Of a DNA stretch of 36,858 nt, positions 16,931 through 27,512 are shown one piece after another. The notes beneath the pieces were generated by a model that worked only from the letters and a program-made list of their open reading frames with translations, made no database searches and was not told where the DNA came from. The translations under genes were made by a program, and so were the position numbers. Origin of the DNA: Catajapyx aquilonaris (taxonomy: Eukaryota); contig JYFJ02003887.1 of NCBI GenBank assembly GCA_000934665.2, positions 1 to 36,858 on the forward strand. Direction: 5' to 3'. The first letter of the stretch is position 1, and each line of letters begins with the position of its first letter.

Positions 16931-18004
16931 CGTTGAGAGGTGTAGTACCTGCACATACTTGGCATATCATCGTGTTCTGTACTTTTCATGCATACATGCA
17001 ATCACTGGGTGCTTGTCCAGCAGTCAAATTGGGGTGGCAGCTGTTTAATGTTGCAATGCTCCTAATCGCACATATTTTAACGCAGGTGAGACCCAAGCAC
17101 CTTCCCCATGGACCAGAGGCAACTACACTGTATCACCAGCAACAGCAGCGAATGCAATCGAACTGGACCAAAATGCTGTTGCGTCATGTGCGACTGTGGA
17201 TGAAGCCGTCCTGCTGTCGTGACTTTGGTATCGTGAGTCAAATATGACACCATTAACCCATTTCCCTTCCCGGTGGCATCTCAACCTTGGCGTGGTGGGG
17301 GGGCTTGCGTTCTCCCGTGACCCCGAAGGGCTATGCTGGCGGTAGCTTAGTCTACTGGCAGGGTCACCCTAGCCGGACAGGTCTTTGGGGTAGGAGACAG
17401 ACGAAGAGAGATGCCACCCTCATTTCCCACACATTCCTTCCTACCTGCCTTCATGTCCCACCTTTTCTATTTCCTATATAACGGCCAGTTGTGGCTCTAT
17501 TATACTAAACCCTATTCGCCTTGAAGGGAGGTAGGCCAGTGAAGGCCACCCACCAAGTCTGCTCTGACGTGGTTGCATTCCCTGTAGAGGTGGAAATTAG
17601 AATGTGGTTTACCAAGTATCATTGCTTTATTATATAATCATTATAGGCCTACATTACATATAATTACGACCTGAAAAATGTTTATGGCTCTCACATCAGA
17701 AAAATGGGGCCGCTTAATTTTCCTCTTAACTTCGGCCCCCATCTAATTCTTTCATAACTGCATTTAATCTCGCAGTACTCTTGTGCATTATTGCATGTTT
17801 TTGACCAGAAAGTAATTTTGGCCAAATAAATACCTGTACTGGTCTTAACAACAAATGGCTCAGTTGCCCCATTTTAGTAGACCATGAGCATGGATAATTA
17901 ATAATTATATTATGCTCTTTTGAGAAAAGGTGTTGGACGCAGAGTAAATTCCAATGAAAAGTTATATTGCAGGCGAAGACCATCTGACTTTGATCTGTTG
18001 ATAT
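16931..18004 (+). repeat. Non-coding spacer unit, copy 1
   Basis: Highly similar by eye to 20330-21649, 26294-27512 and 30780-32182. Lacks the first ~200 bp shared by the other copies. Confidence 0.92.
17272..17418 (+). mobile_element. RTE-clade LINE 5'-UTR structured element (Bov-A/Expander-like); also at 20886-21033, 31340-31487, partial at 26755-26820
   Basis: accttggcgtggtggggggg-cttgcg...gctatgc...ggcagggtcacccta-gccggacaggtc...cagacgaagag follows the conserved RTE 5' motif as I recall it. Closed by an 11-bp stem ggtggcatctc/gagatgccacc. Confidence 0.7.
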
Positions 18005-18023
18005 TAAGCTGATAAGAACAGAT
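18000..18023 (-). ncRNA. U2 snRNA fragment (about nt 38-61), Utopia target-site 3' flank; not a gene
   Basis: Minus strand ATCTGTTCTTATCAGCTTAATATC, immediately after the AATAAA ending the element 3' UTR. Confidence 0.88.
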
Positions 18024-19445
18024 TTATTATAAATATCATTAGGTATACATTGGATGAAGCAGAAATGTCATAAGTTATGTCATGGTTGAGGCAAGACGTA
18101 GTGAAGGCAGAGAGTTCATAACCTGAAATGGAAGGTAAAAAACTTTCCCACTGGCTTTATTTTGACACTGATCCTGCATTAATATTGGCAGTCGCCAGAC
18201 AAGTGATCGCAATAAATGTCCCGAGACCAACGTATGACATCACTGACGCAAAGACGTCTAGACGTCCGTAGATAGCTCCTGGAACAGAGCCGCCTCATCA
18301 GTCTGTCGTTCATTGGGTCCCAGGATCCAAGAGCTCCAACCACCACCTCTTCAACCATCACCCTCCGGTATCTGGAGCCGAGCAGCAGGGCCAACGGTGC
18401 GTACTTGTCGATTTTGAGTTGCCGAGCCGCTTGCAAGGATTCAGGTCTGTTGTCAAATGGGGTGGTTATATCCACGATGATCGCAGTATCTACTCCTTGG
18501 GTCAGAAGCAGGTCAGGGCGCAGTGAGCAGCCAGGGAAGACCTGTTGGTTACATTTCGTAACAGTGAACTTCGCCGAAGCCGCTCGCTTGACCCTCTCCA
18601 CTACTGAGTCGTGTCTCTTTTGGTATGCAACCGAGTGTCGGGCCATGCAATGATCAAGGACGACATGAGGCAACGTTTCCTTTGGTTCTGGGCAACGCCT
18701 GCAGGCCGTAGAGGACGTGGTGTCCCATGGTCGGCATCCATGTAGCGGGACTAACCTCAACCTCGCCCGGTGTGCAAACCTCCAATCCGCAAATCTAGTG
18801 TAGTGGCCAGTGGATAGGAAGTGCGAAGAGCTAGGGTGTTTGGCAACACACTCTAGCACCTTCCCTTGGTGGGGCAAGCCGTGCAGCCGCGCATCCCTTA
18901 CCCGCCACAAGGTGTCACGAAGCAGTCGTACCACTCCCTTCCTCTGTATTGGGTGGACGGTGGTGTCGTTCTTGGTCAGGGATGGGAGACTGTCGTTGAA
19001 TGACCAGGTGATACCAAGTCTTGTGGCCGCCTTCCTGCCCTCTGTCCATAGGTTCTGGCAGCGGTTGGTGTGGCGCCTGAATTCACTGTCATTGGTGCCG
19101 GAGAGGAACCGTTGCACATCTACCACACCAGCCACCCTCCGTAAGCGAGCGCTGACTGTTGAATTTAATTGGAGTTCAGCGAGCACCGCTACATCTACGT
19201 CAGGGGAGGCGAGGAGTTTGAAGCAACTGTCCAGTCGATATAAGTCAGATTCCTCCGCTGCCAGAGGGAACCCACAGGCACCCGCTTTCCTGTTGCCATT
19301 GAGGTAATCACTTGTAGCACGGGTAGGAAGGTACAACGTCTTCAAGATGTTGTGTTTGAAGGCCTTATCCAGCCTCTCCCATGCAAACTTCAGGAAGGTG
19401 CCCGTCCTCATTGGGAACACAAGGGCTGAGTAAACAAAGGTCTTG
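18024..19445 (-). mobile_element. Utopia-like element 3' third: post-RT region, CCHC knuckle, restriction-like endonuclease, stop and 3' UTR
   Basis: Open 413-aa frame (19420-18179): FADWRFAHRARL, CRRC..ETLPHV..HC, RHDSVV, RPDLLL..IIVDITTPFDN, KIDKY, VVGALGSW. Ends in AATAAA plus U2 flank. Confidence 0.92.
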
Positions 19446-19469
19446 ATCCGTTCAAGTGGGTGATATATG

Positions 19470-20329
19470 CTTCATGTGACCAAGAGATAGTAACATCTGA
19501 CACACCGTTTTTGAAACAGTCTAAGGTAGGACCTGCTACACATCCTCTTCATCACCTTGTTGTTCGCAGGGTCCCAAGAGCCCAAGGACCCTATGATGAT
19601 GGCCTCGACTGTCACCTGGCGATAACAGGTCTTTAGTTGTTCAGCCAGGTCAGCATACTTGTCCTCCAATTTGCTCGCCTCTGCAAATGCCGTCAGTCAG
19701 TTGTCAAACGGAATCGTGAAGTCTATAATGATGGCAGTGTCGTTGCTGACCAGCACCAGGTCAGGGCGTTGTGGGCACTCCCTCAGCACCTTCTGATTTT
19801 CCCCGAGGATGGAGTACTTCGTCTTCACCCCCTCCCCCACATGCCTCGCAACTGCATTATGTCTTTTTTGGTAAAATGCAGCATGACACATGCAGTGGTT
19901 CAGCACATGAGGGAGGGTTTCCACTGGTTCTGGGCATCTCCGGCACTTCTGGCGTTGGTCTCTCTCCCAGGGTCTAGCACCACCCAACAGGACCATATTC
20001 AGACGGGCCCGATGTACAAAGCACCAGTTTGCAAAAGTTGTGTATTGCCCATCTGACATAAGTGGCTCCAGGCTGCTGCTTTCCCCACACACTCCATGAC
20101 CTTCCCCTGGTTCGGCTTGTCCAGCAGTTGTTGATGGAGCTGCTTCTGGGTGGCTGCCACTGGACGCCCGCTTCCCTCTTAGCCGGGGGTTGCTCGCAGC
20201 CGTATGATCAGTCTCCGTAGGACTGCTCGTAGTCGTAGGTCCGGTACTCGTCATAGGGTTGCTCGTAGCCATAAGGTATGTCCCCATAGGACTGATCATA
20301 AGTCTGGCACTCGTCGCAGGGCCTCCTGA
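19470..20329 (-). mobile_element. Second Utopia-like RLE/CCHC fragment fused to a low-complexity N-terminal piece
   Basis: CRRCPEPVETLPHVLNHC, RPDLVLV..IIIDFTIPFDN, DKYADL, IIIGSLGSWDP. Clearly diverged from the 18-19 kb copy. Confidence 0.88.
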
Positions 20330-21649
20330 GACCTCCTCAATTGCTCCTACAGGTTGTGTAAAAATGTATTATTGTTGTCTTACTAATGAGCATACTCGCA
20401 CTGATCTTGCAATAATATTTGTAATTATCAATATGAATTCATCCTAACATGAAATATTTTATGTGAATGGCAACCTGCCATACAATGCTTCTGGCGAATT
20501 AATTTCCAAATACCATCATGTCGCCATACCGATCCGTTGAAATGTGTACCTGCACATATTTGGTAGAGACTGGCATATCATTGTGTTGTGTACTCATACA
20601 TGCATGCAATCACTGTATGCGTGTCCAGTCAAATTGGGGTGGCAGCTTAATTTAATATTGCAATGCCCCTAATCGCACATATTTTAACGCAGGTTATCCT
20701 GTGAGACCCAAGCATCTTCTCCATGGACCAGAGGCAACTACTGTATTGCCAGCAGCAGCGAATGCAATCAAACTGGACCAAAATGCTGTTGCATCATGTG
20801 CGACTGAGTGGAAGCCGTCCTGCTGTCGTGACTTTGGTATCGTGAGTCAAATATGACACCCTCTATTAACCCATTTCCCCCCCCAGGTGGCATCTCAACC
20901 TTGGCGTGGTGGGGGGGGCTTGCGTTCTCCCGTGACCCCGAAGAGTTATGCCGGCGGTAGCTTAGTCTACTGGCAGGGTCACCCTAGCCGGACCGGTCTT
21001 TGGGGTAGGAGACAGACGAAGAGAGATGCCACCCTCATTTCCCACATATTCCTTCCTACCTGCCTTCATGTCCCACCTTTTGTATTTTCTATATAACGGC
21101 CATTTGTGGCTCTATTATACTAAACCCTATTCGCCTTGAAGGGAGGTAGGCCAGTGAAGGCCACCCACCAAGTCTGCTCTGACGTGGTTGCATTCCCTGT
21201 AGAGGTGGAAATTAGAATGAGGTTTACCAAGTATCATTGCTTTATTATATAATCATTATAGGCCTACATTTCGTATGATTACGACCTGAAAAATGTATAT
21301 GGCTCTCACATCAGAAAAATGGGCCGATTAATTTTCCACGTAACTTCGGCCCCCATCTAATTCTTTCATAACTGCATTTAATCTCGCAGTACTCTTGTGC
21401 ATTATTGCATGTTTTTGACCAGAAAGTAATTTTGGCCAAATAAATACCTGTACTGGTCTTAACAACAAGTGGCTCAGTTGCCCCATTTTAGTAGACCATG
21501 AGTATGGATAATTAATAATCATATTATGATCTTTTGAGAAAAGGTGTTGGACGCAGAGTAAATTCCAATGAAAAGTTATATTGCAGGAGAAGACCATTGG
21601 ACTTTGATCTGTTGATATGAAATGCTTAACCCTAGACAAATGTCAATCC
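20330..21649 (+). repeat. Non-coding spacer unit, copy 2
   Basis: Starts acctcctcaattgctcctacagg, ends agacaaatgtcaatcc. Confidence 0.95.
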
Positions 21650-24600
21650 GGGGGGATAGGAGGGAGCGAGTAGGTAGTAAAAGATGGAACAACCGATGAG
21701 GTTAGAAGGGAGGGAACCAGCACCGACCCTGCCCTGGCAAAAACGGGACTTACCAGGTCGACTGCTGGGGGGAGGAAAGGGGAGGGGGCAATAAAAGCAG
21801 GACCAGCCTGTGGGAATTGGGGTAACGGACCACATAGGTTAAAATGAGGACCAGCCTCATGGAGGGGGGGTGTGGGGTGGGGGACAGGATTAAAATCGGT
21901 TAAAAGCTCGCCTCCTTCTCCCACCCGGTCCAGCGTCGCCTGCTGGCCAATGGCCATGCCTAGTCATTTATGCTTCTTTCGCTTGGATGGGGGGCTAATA
22001 ACTCCCACCTCACCCTCCACTTCGCAACCAGACTGCGGGGGTGGGGAACGCCTTCTCATATCTGGCTTCCGGCGGGTGCATCTTCTCTCAGGAGATCCGT
22101 TCTTTTCACGGCAACTGCTCCTCCACATGCCACCGAAGATGGTTCCGGATGCCTATCTTAGTATGATGCATTTTGCCACATTCTGCGCAAGTGAATTTCC
22201 CCAAGGTAATATCCCCGGGTGCTATCTGTTCAGGCTTCTCAGGACATTGCTCGATGTGGTAGGATGGCCGCAGTGTCAGTTCCATCCCACCCCACCTGCA
22301 CAGTACCTCCTCGATGGGCTCCAGTTCATGACCCCTCCGCAGGTGTCGGATCAGGGACTGCTTCACGTACGTCCACACGTCCCCTTTGTAGACATGATTA
22401 CATCCCTCAACAACACACCGAACCTCCAGGGGCATGGGGAACCAGATGGTCAGCTTACCCTCCCGGAGCTCAGGTGGCTGCAGGGCAGTGTTCACCTCAG
22501 CCTCTCCTACCAGTGGGGTAGGCATCCCAGCACCACTTGGCTCAGCTGGTCCCTTTGGGGAGCACGCCAGCATGACCCCCCGCAGGTTCTCCAGAGACTC
22601 CCTTCGTGCCTGCTGGACTGCCTCCGCCGCCCCCCTAGCCGCTTCCGCTGTGTACTGTGCGGCTTCCGCTGCTTCCTCAGTTTCTTTCACCAGCTGCTGT
22701 GCCCTTTGCAGCTGCTCCTCCATGGTTGTTTGAAGTGAGGAGGAGGATGGTGGTGATGGCTGGTTAGGGGTATGAGGCATAGAAGCATTGTTTGAGGAGG
22801 AGGAGGGAGTGGGTGGGGCACTAGAGGCCCGCTTACTTCTCGTATCCGCAGGCCCCGGCTCGTACCCGTAAGGCTGCTGTTCGCACCCATAGGACTGCTC
22901 ATGATCATAGCGTTGCCACTCGTAGCCATAACTGTCTCTCTCAGCCATAGAGCCATCGCTCGTGGCCGTAGTTGTCCCCCTCGTAGCCATAGAGCTGCCG
23001 CTGCTCGTAGCTGTAGTTCTTTCGCTCGAAGTCTTAAGGCCATTTCACAAAAAAATGTCGCGCGGCAAACGGCGCGACTTGCGGCATATTTTTTATTTAT
23101 ATTTATTATTGCCAACAATTGGCAACAATAAATATAAATAAAAAATTTGCCGCACGTCGCGCCGTTTGCCGCGCGACATTTTTGGGGGGAAATGGCCTTT
23201 AGAGCCGGTGCTCGTAGCCATAGAGCTGCTGGTGCTCGTAGCTGTAGTCTTAGAGCCGGTGCTCGTAGCCGTATCAGAGCTGCCTGATAATCATAACATT
23301 GCTGCTCGTATCCTTAACAGGATTGTCATGTTCGTAGCAGAGCTGCTCGCAGCCTTAGCTGGGCTGCTCATAGTCCTAGTGTTGCCGCTCGTAGCCACAG
23401 TTTTCCCCCTCGCAGCCAGTGAAGGGGCATTGTACATCACCGGACAGGCCATGGCATCGGCCATGGCGTTAAAAAGGAAGGAACCAGCACCGACCCTGCC
23501 CTACTAAAAGCGGGACTTACCTGTAGGTCGAATGCTGGGGGGAGAAAGAAGGAGGGGGGNGAGGGGGGGGGGGATAAAAGCAGGACCAGCCTGTGGGAAT
23601 TGGGGTATCGGATCACATTGAGGACCAGCCTGTGAGGGTTGGGTAATTGGGTTAAAATGAGGACCAGCCTCAGGAAGAGGGGGTGTGGGGTGGGGGAAAG
23701 GACTAAACTCTGTTAAAAGCTCTCCTTCTCCCTCCCGGCCTGGCGTAATCTGCTGGCCAACGGCCACGCCTAGTCACTTAGGCCTCCTCTTCTTAGATGG
23801 GGGACCAATAACTCCCACGTCGTCTCGCCCATCATCATCACGTGGCCTCAGGGGCGGGGTCTCCCCGTCGGCCAAAGCAGCAGTACTGGGGGCAGACCCG
23901 CATTCTGTCTCAGGTGCTCGCTGACATGCCAACGAAGGTGGTTGCGGAGGGCACTTTTATTGTGAAAGTCCTCTCCACACTCGGCGCAGATGAATTCCCC
24001 CTTCTTCACCTGCCCCATTGTTCACTCCTCAGGTGGTAGGAGGGCCTCAGCTTGAGGTCCTTCTCACACCACCTGCAGCGGATCTCAACTTGAATAGTTT
24101 TTGGGACAGCGCTATGCACACTTTCCAGGTGCTGCATAACAGACTGTTTAAGTGCCGTCCAGGAGTGACACTTGAATGTACCGGAGCAGTCTTCCCGGAC
24201 ACAAGCGACCACTGGAGGCATGGGAAACCATGTGATTAATGTGTCCCCCTTCATTTCTGGTGGCCAGAGGACAGCTTCCTCTCCACTCCCTGACGTCACT
24301 GGCTCTGGTGTCTCTGCATCACTTGGCCCGGCTGGTTCCTTTGGGGAGCACGCCAGCATGACCCCCCGCAGGTTCTCTAATGACTCTCTCCATGCCTGTT
24401 GGGCCGCTTCCGCCGCCCCCCCTAGCTGCTTCTGCTGCATACTGTGCAGCTTCCTCTGCTATCTCCGCCTCCTCAGCCAGTTGCTGCGCTTTTTGCAGCT
24501 GTTCCTCCATTGTGGTATATAATGGGAAGGGGAACAATGACGATGGCTGACTGGGGGTCTTGTTTGAGGAGGAAGGAGTGGGTGGGGCACTGGAGGCCCG

Positions 24601-25626
24601 CATCCTTCCGGCACCTGTAGACCTGTGGCTCGTATTCATAGGACTGTTTGCATCCATATGGCTGCTGCTCGTACCCATAGTGCTGCTCGTGGCGGCACTC
24701 GTAGCCGTATTATCTTTGCTGGCAGTAACTAGCGTGTCATTCGGCCTAGTCAACATACGGCTGCTAGCAAACCTATCAACCCTTCTGGACCCAACCTTTG
24801 AAGGTCCCCCCCCCCCCNCCCAGCACCGCTTCCTCCTTCCATCGCTGGGCAAGCACCTGGGCCCAGGGTGGCACTACCGGCGCTCGTAGCCGGAGGCCTG
24901 CTGAAAGGAATGTTAGGGGGAGGTACCTGGTTCCAGTCCTTGGCCACTGTCCCCTTCTTTGTGGCCAGGGGTCTTCTCAAGTCGTCTGGCTTCTGGCGGG
25001 CACATCTTCTCTCAGGAGCTCCGTTCTTTTCACGCAACTGCTCCTCCACATGCCACTGAAGATGGTTCCGGATGCCTATCTTAGTGTGATGCATTTCTCC
25101 ACATTCTGCGCAAGTGAATTTCTCCAAGGTAATATCCCCGGGTGCTATCTGTTCAGGCTTCTCAGGACATTGCTCGATGTGGTAGGATGGCCGCAGTTTC
25201 AGTTCCATCCCACACCACCTGCACAGTACCTCCTCGATGGGCTCCAGTTCATGACCCCTCCACAGGTGTGGGGTCAGGGACTGCTTCACGTACGTCCACA
25301 CGTCCCCTTTGTAGACATGATTACATCCCTCAACGACACACCGAACCTCCAGGGGCATGGGGAACCAAATGGTCAGCTTACCCTCCCGGAGCTCAGGTGG
25401 CCGCAGGCCAGTGTTCACCTCAGCCTCTCCTGTCAGTGGGATAGCCGAGGCGGCCGCGGCGGCTCGTGGCACTCGCTTCATGGTTCACTTGTCTTAGTAT
25501 CTGGGGGTACACCCCCTATGTCGGCCCCCCGGCCAGAGAATCAAGGTGCAGCACTGTTCAACAATTATTTTGTTTTATCGCTTAAAGTGTTTTGCCTGTT
25601 TCGGGGATTCGCGCGCTAGGCATGAG
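21650..25626 (-). mobile_element. Three Utopia-like N-terminal fragments (C2H2 zinc fingers, Pro-rich and Ser/Thr low-complexity regions) plus a probable 5' UTR
   Basis: CVVEGC..HLRRGH / CRWC..SYH / CAECG..RNHLRWH fingers at ~22120-22430 and ~25050-25360, with a diverged version at ~23930-24230. The same sequence at 29640-30620 is contiguous with RT-proximal coding sequence. Confidence 0.8.
23037..23198. mobile_element. 162-bp fold-back MITE with TTA target-site duplication (PIF/Harbinger type)
   Basis: aggccatttc...gaaatggcct, near-palindromic over its whole length, flanked by tta (23034-23036, 23199-23201). Removing it restores gtcttagagccggtg, a motif repeated at ~23247. Confidence 0.9.
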
Positions 25627-25647
25627 ATTAAGCTGATAAGAACAGAT
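25627..25647 (-). ncRNA. Second U2 snRNA target-site fragment
   Basis: Minus strand ATCTGTTCTTATCAGCTTAAT, preceded by AATAAATGATA. Confidence 0.85.
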
Positions 25648-26293
25648 TATCATTTATTGATAGCAAGGCGATCATATATTCCTTCCTCCCGCTGGTCAAG
25701 GGTTCGGCCAATGAGTTCATTCAGTATGAAATTGTGTTCAAGGACCCCGTCGTATGGTCGGAACCCGTTCTGTCCTTTGTGTAGAACCTGGTGCTTCTCC
25801 AACCAGGACGAGAGCCTTCTGGCAAGGCACCCAAGAACAGCATTGCAATGGTTTGCTGGATGGAGATAGGTCGCCAGTTGGCTGGATCGGCCTGGTCACC
25901 CTTCTTGTAAATTAGGACTGTTGTAGACGATCGCCAGGCGTCCGGGACACGGCGAAGCTGCAGGCAGATGTTAAAGATGGAGACGCCTCCTCGCCTCCAT
26001 GCCCCACGTCCTCCTCCGTCTCCTCTCTGGCTCCGGGGGGCCCGGCTGCAACAACTGCTCGGCGGCTTGTCCAGCAGTTGTTGATGGAGCTGCTTCTGGG
26101 TGGCTGCCACTGGACGCCCGCCACTGGACGCCCGCTTCCCTCTTAGCCGGGGGTTGCTCGCAGCCGTATGATCAGTCTCCGTAGGACTGCTCGTAGTCGT
26201 AGGTCCGGTACTCGTCATAGGGTTGCTCGTAGCCATAAGGTCTGTCCCCATAGGACTGATCATAAGTCTGGCACTCGTCGTAGGGCCTCCTGA
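25648..26293 (-). mobile_element. Utopia-like mosaic (low-complexity piece, post-RT piece, RT piece, about 35-nt 3' tail)
   Basis: IFNICLQLRRVPDAWRSSTTVLIYKKGDQADPANWRPIS. 26063-26293 duplicates 20113-20329. Confidence 0.82.
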
Positions 26294-27512
26294 GACCTCC
26301 TCAATTGCTCCTACAGGTTGTGTAAAAATGTATTATTGTTGTCTTACTAATGAGCATACTCGCACTGATCTTGCAATAATATTTGTAATTATCAATATGA
26401 ATTCATCCTAACATGAAATATTTTATGTGAATGGCAACCTGCCATACAATGCTTCTGGCTAATTAATGTCCTAATACCATCATGTCGCCATACCGATCCG
26501 TTGAAATGTGTACCTGCACATATTTGGTGGAGACTGGCATATCATTGTGTTCTGTACTCATACATGCATGCAATCACTGTGTGCGTGTCCAGTCAAATTG
26601 GGGTGGCAGCTTAATTTAATATTGCAATGCCCCTAATCGCACATATTTTAACGCAGGTTATCCTGTGAGACCCAAGCATCTTCTCCATGGACCAGAGGCA
26701 ACTACTGTATGGCCAGCAACAGCAGCGAATGCAATCGAACTGGACCAAAATGCTTACTGGCAGGGTCACCCTAGCCGGACAGGTCTTTGGGGTAGGAGAC
26801 AGACGAAGAGAGATGCCACCCTCATTTCCCACACATTCCTTCCTACCTGCCTTCATGTCCCACCTTTTGTATTTTCCATATAACGGCCAGTTGTGGCTCT
26901 ATTATACTAAACCCTATTCGCCTTGAAGGGAGGGAGGCCAGTGAAGGCCACCCACCAAGTCTGCTCTGACGTGGTTGCATTCCCTGTAGAGGTGGAAATT
27001 AGAATGTGGTTTACCAAGTATCATTGCTTTATTATATAATCATTATAGGCCTACATTACGTATAATTACGATCTGAAAATGTACATGGCTCTCACATCAG
27101 AAAAATGGGGCCGCTTAATTTTCCACGTAACTTGGGCCCCCATCTAATTCTTTCATAACTGCATTTAATCTCGCAGTACTCTTGTGCATTATTGCATGTT
27201 TTTGACCAGAAAGTAATTTTGGCCAAATAAATACCTGTACTGGTCTTAACAACAAATGGCTCAGTTGCCCCATTTGAGTAGACCATGAGTATGGATAATT
27301 AATTATTATATTATGATCTTAGGAGAAAAGGTGTTGGATGCAGAGTAAATTCCGATGAAAAGTTATATTGCCGGAGAAGATCATCGGACTTTGATCTGTT
27401 GATATGAAATGCTTAGCCCTAGACAAATGTCAATCCAGTGGTTATACTTGTCTGTTAAATACGATTTTTTTTTGTATGTGTGTGTGGGGTGGGGGGGGGA
27501 TATGTGGCGAGT
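26294..27512 (+). repeat. Non-coding spacer unit, copy 3 (internal deletion removes the 5' half of the RTE-like structure)
   Basis: ggaccaaaatgct is joined directly to tactggcagggtcacc at ~26755. Confidence 0.95.

Noticed and set aside
17272..17418. Canonical HDV-like ribozyme call
   Set aside because: The loop reads UUGGCGU rather than the usual UCC(U/A)CG(C/U), and I could not place P1/P1.1 convincingly. Kept only as a structured RTE-type element.
17726..17983. Repeated 85-103 aa ORF in the spacer (MVFACNITFHW...)
   Set aside because: Recurs only because the DNA is duplicated. AT-rich, not preserved in copies 3-4, no motif.
17985..18023. Functional U2 snRNA gene
   Set aside because: Only 21-24 nt match at each site; no 5' stem-loop or Sm site seen. 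The adjacent AGATCAAAGT 10-mer in the spacer is in the wrong order and may be chance.
23555..24820. Frameshifts at the two N bases (23560, 24818)
   Set aside because: Both lie in G/C homopolymer runs and are probably sequencing uncertainty, so they were not interpreted.
21872..25619. Long plus-strand ORFs (288 aa and 273 aa, and similar ones at 18810, 27404, 28809, 35627)
   Set aside because: Antisense shadows of GC-rich retrotransposon coding sequence with no recognisable domains.
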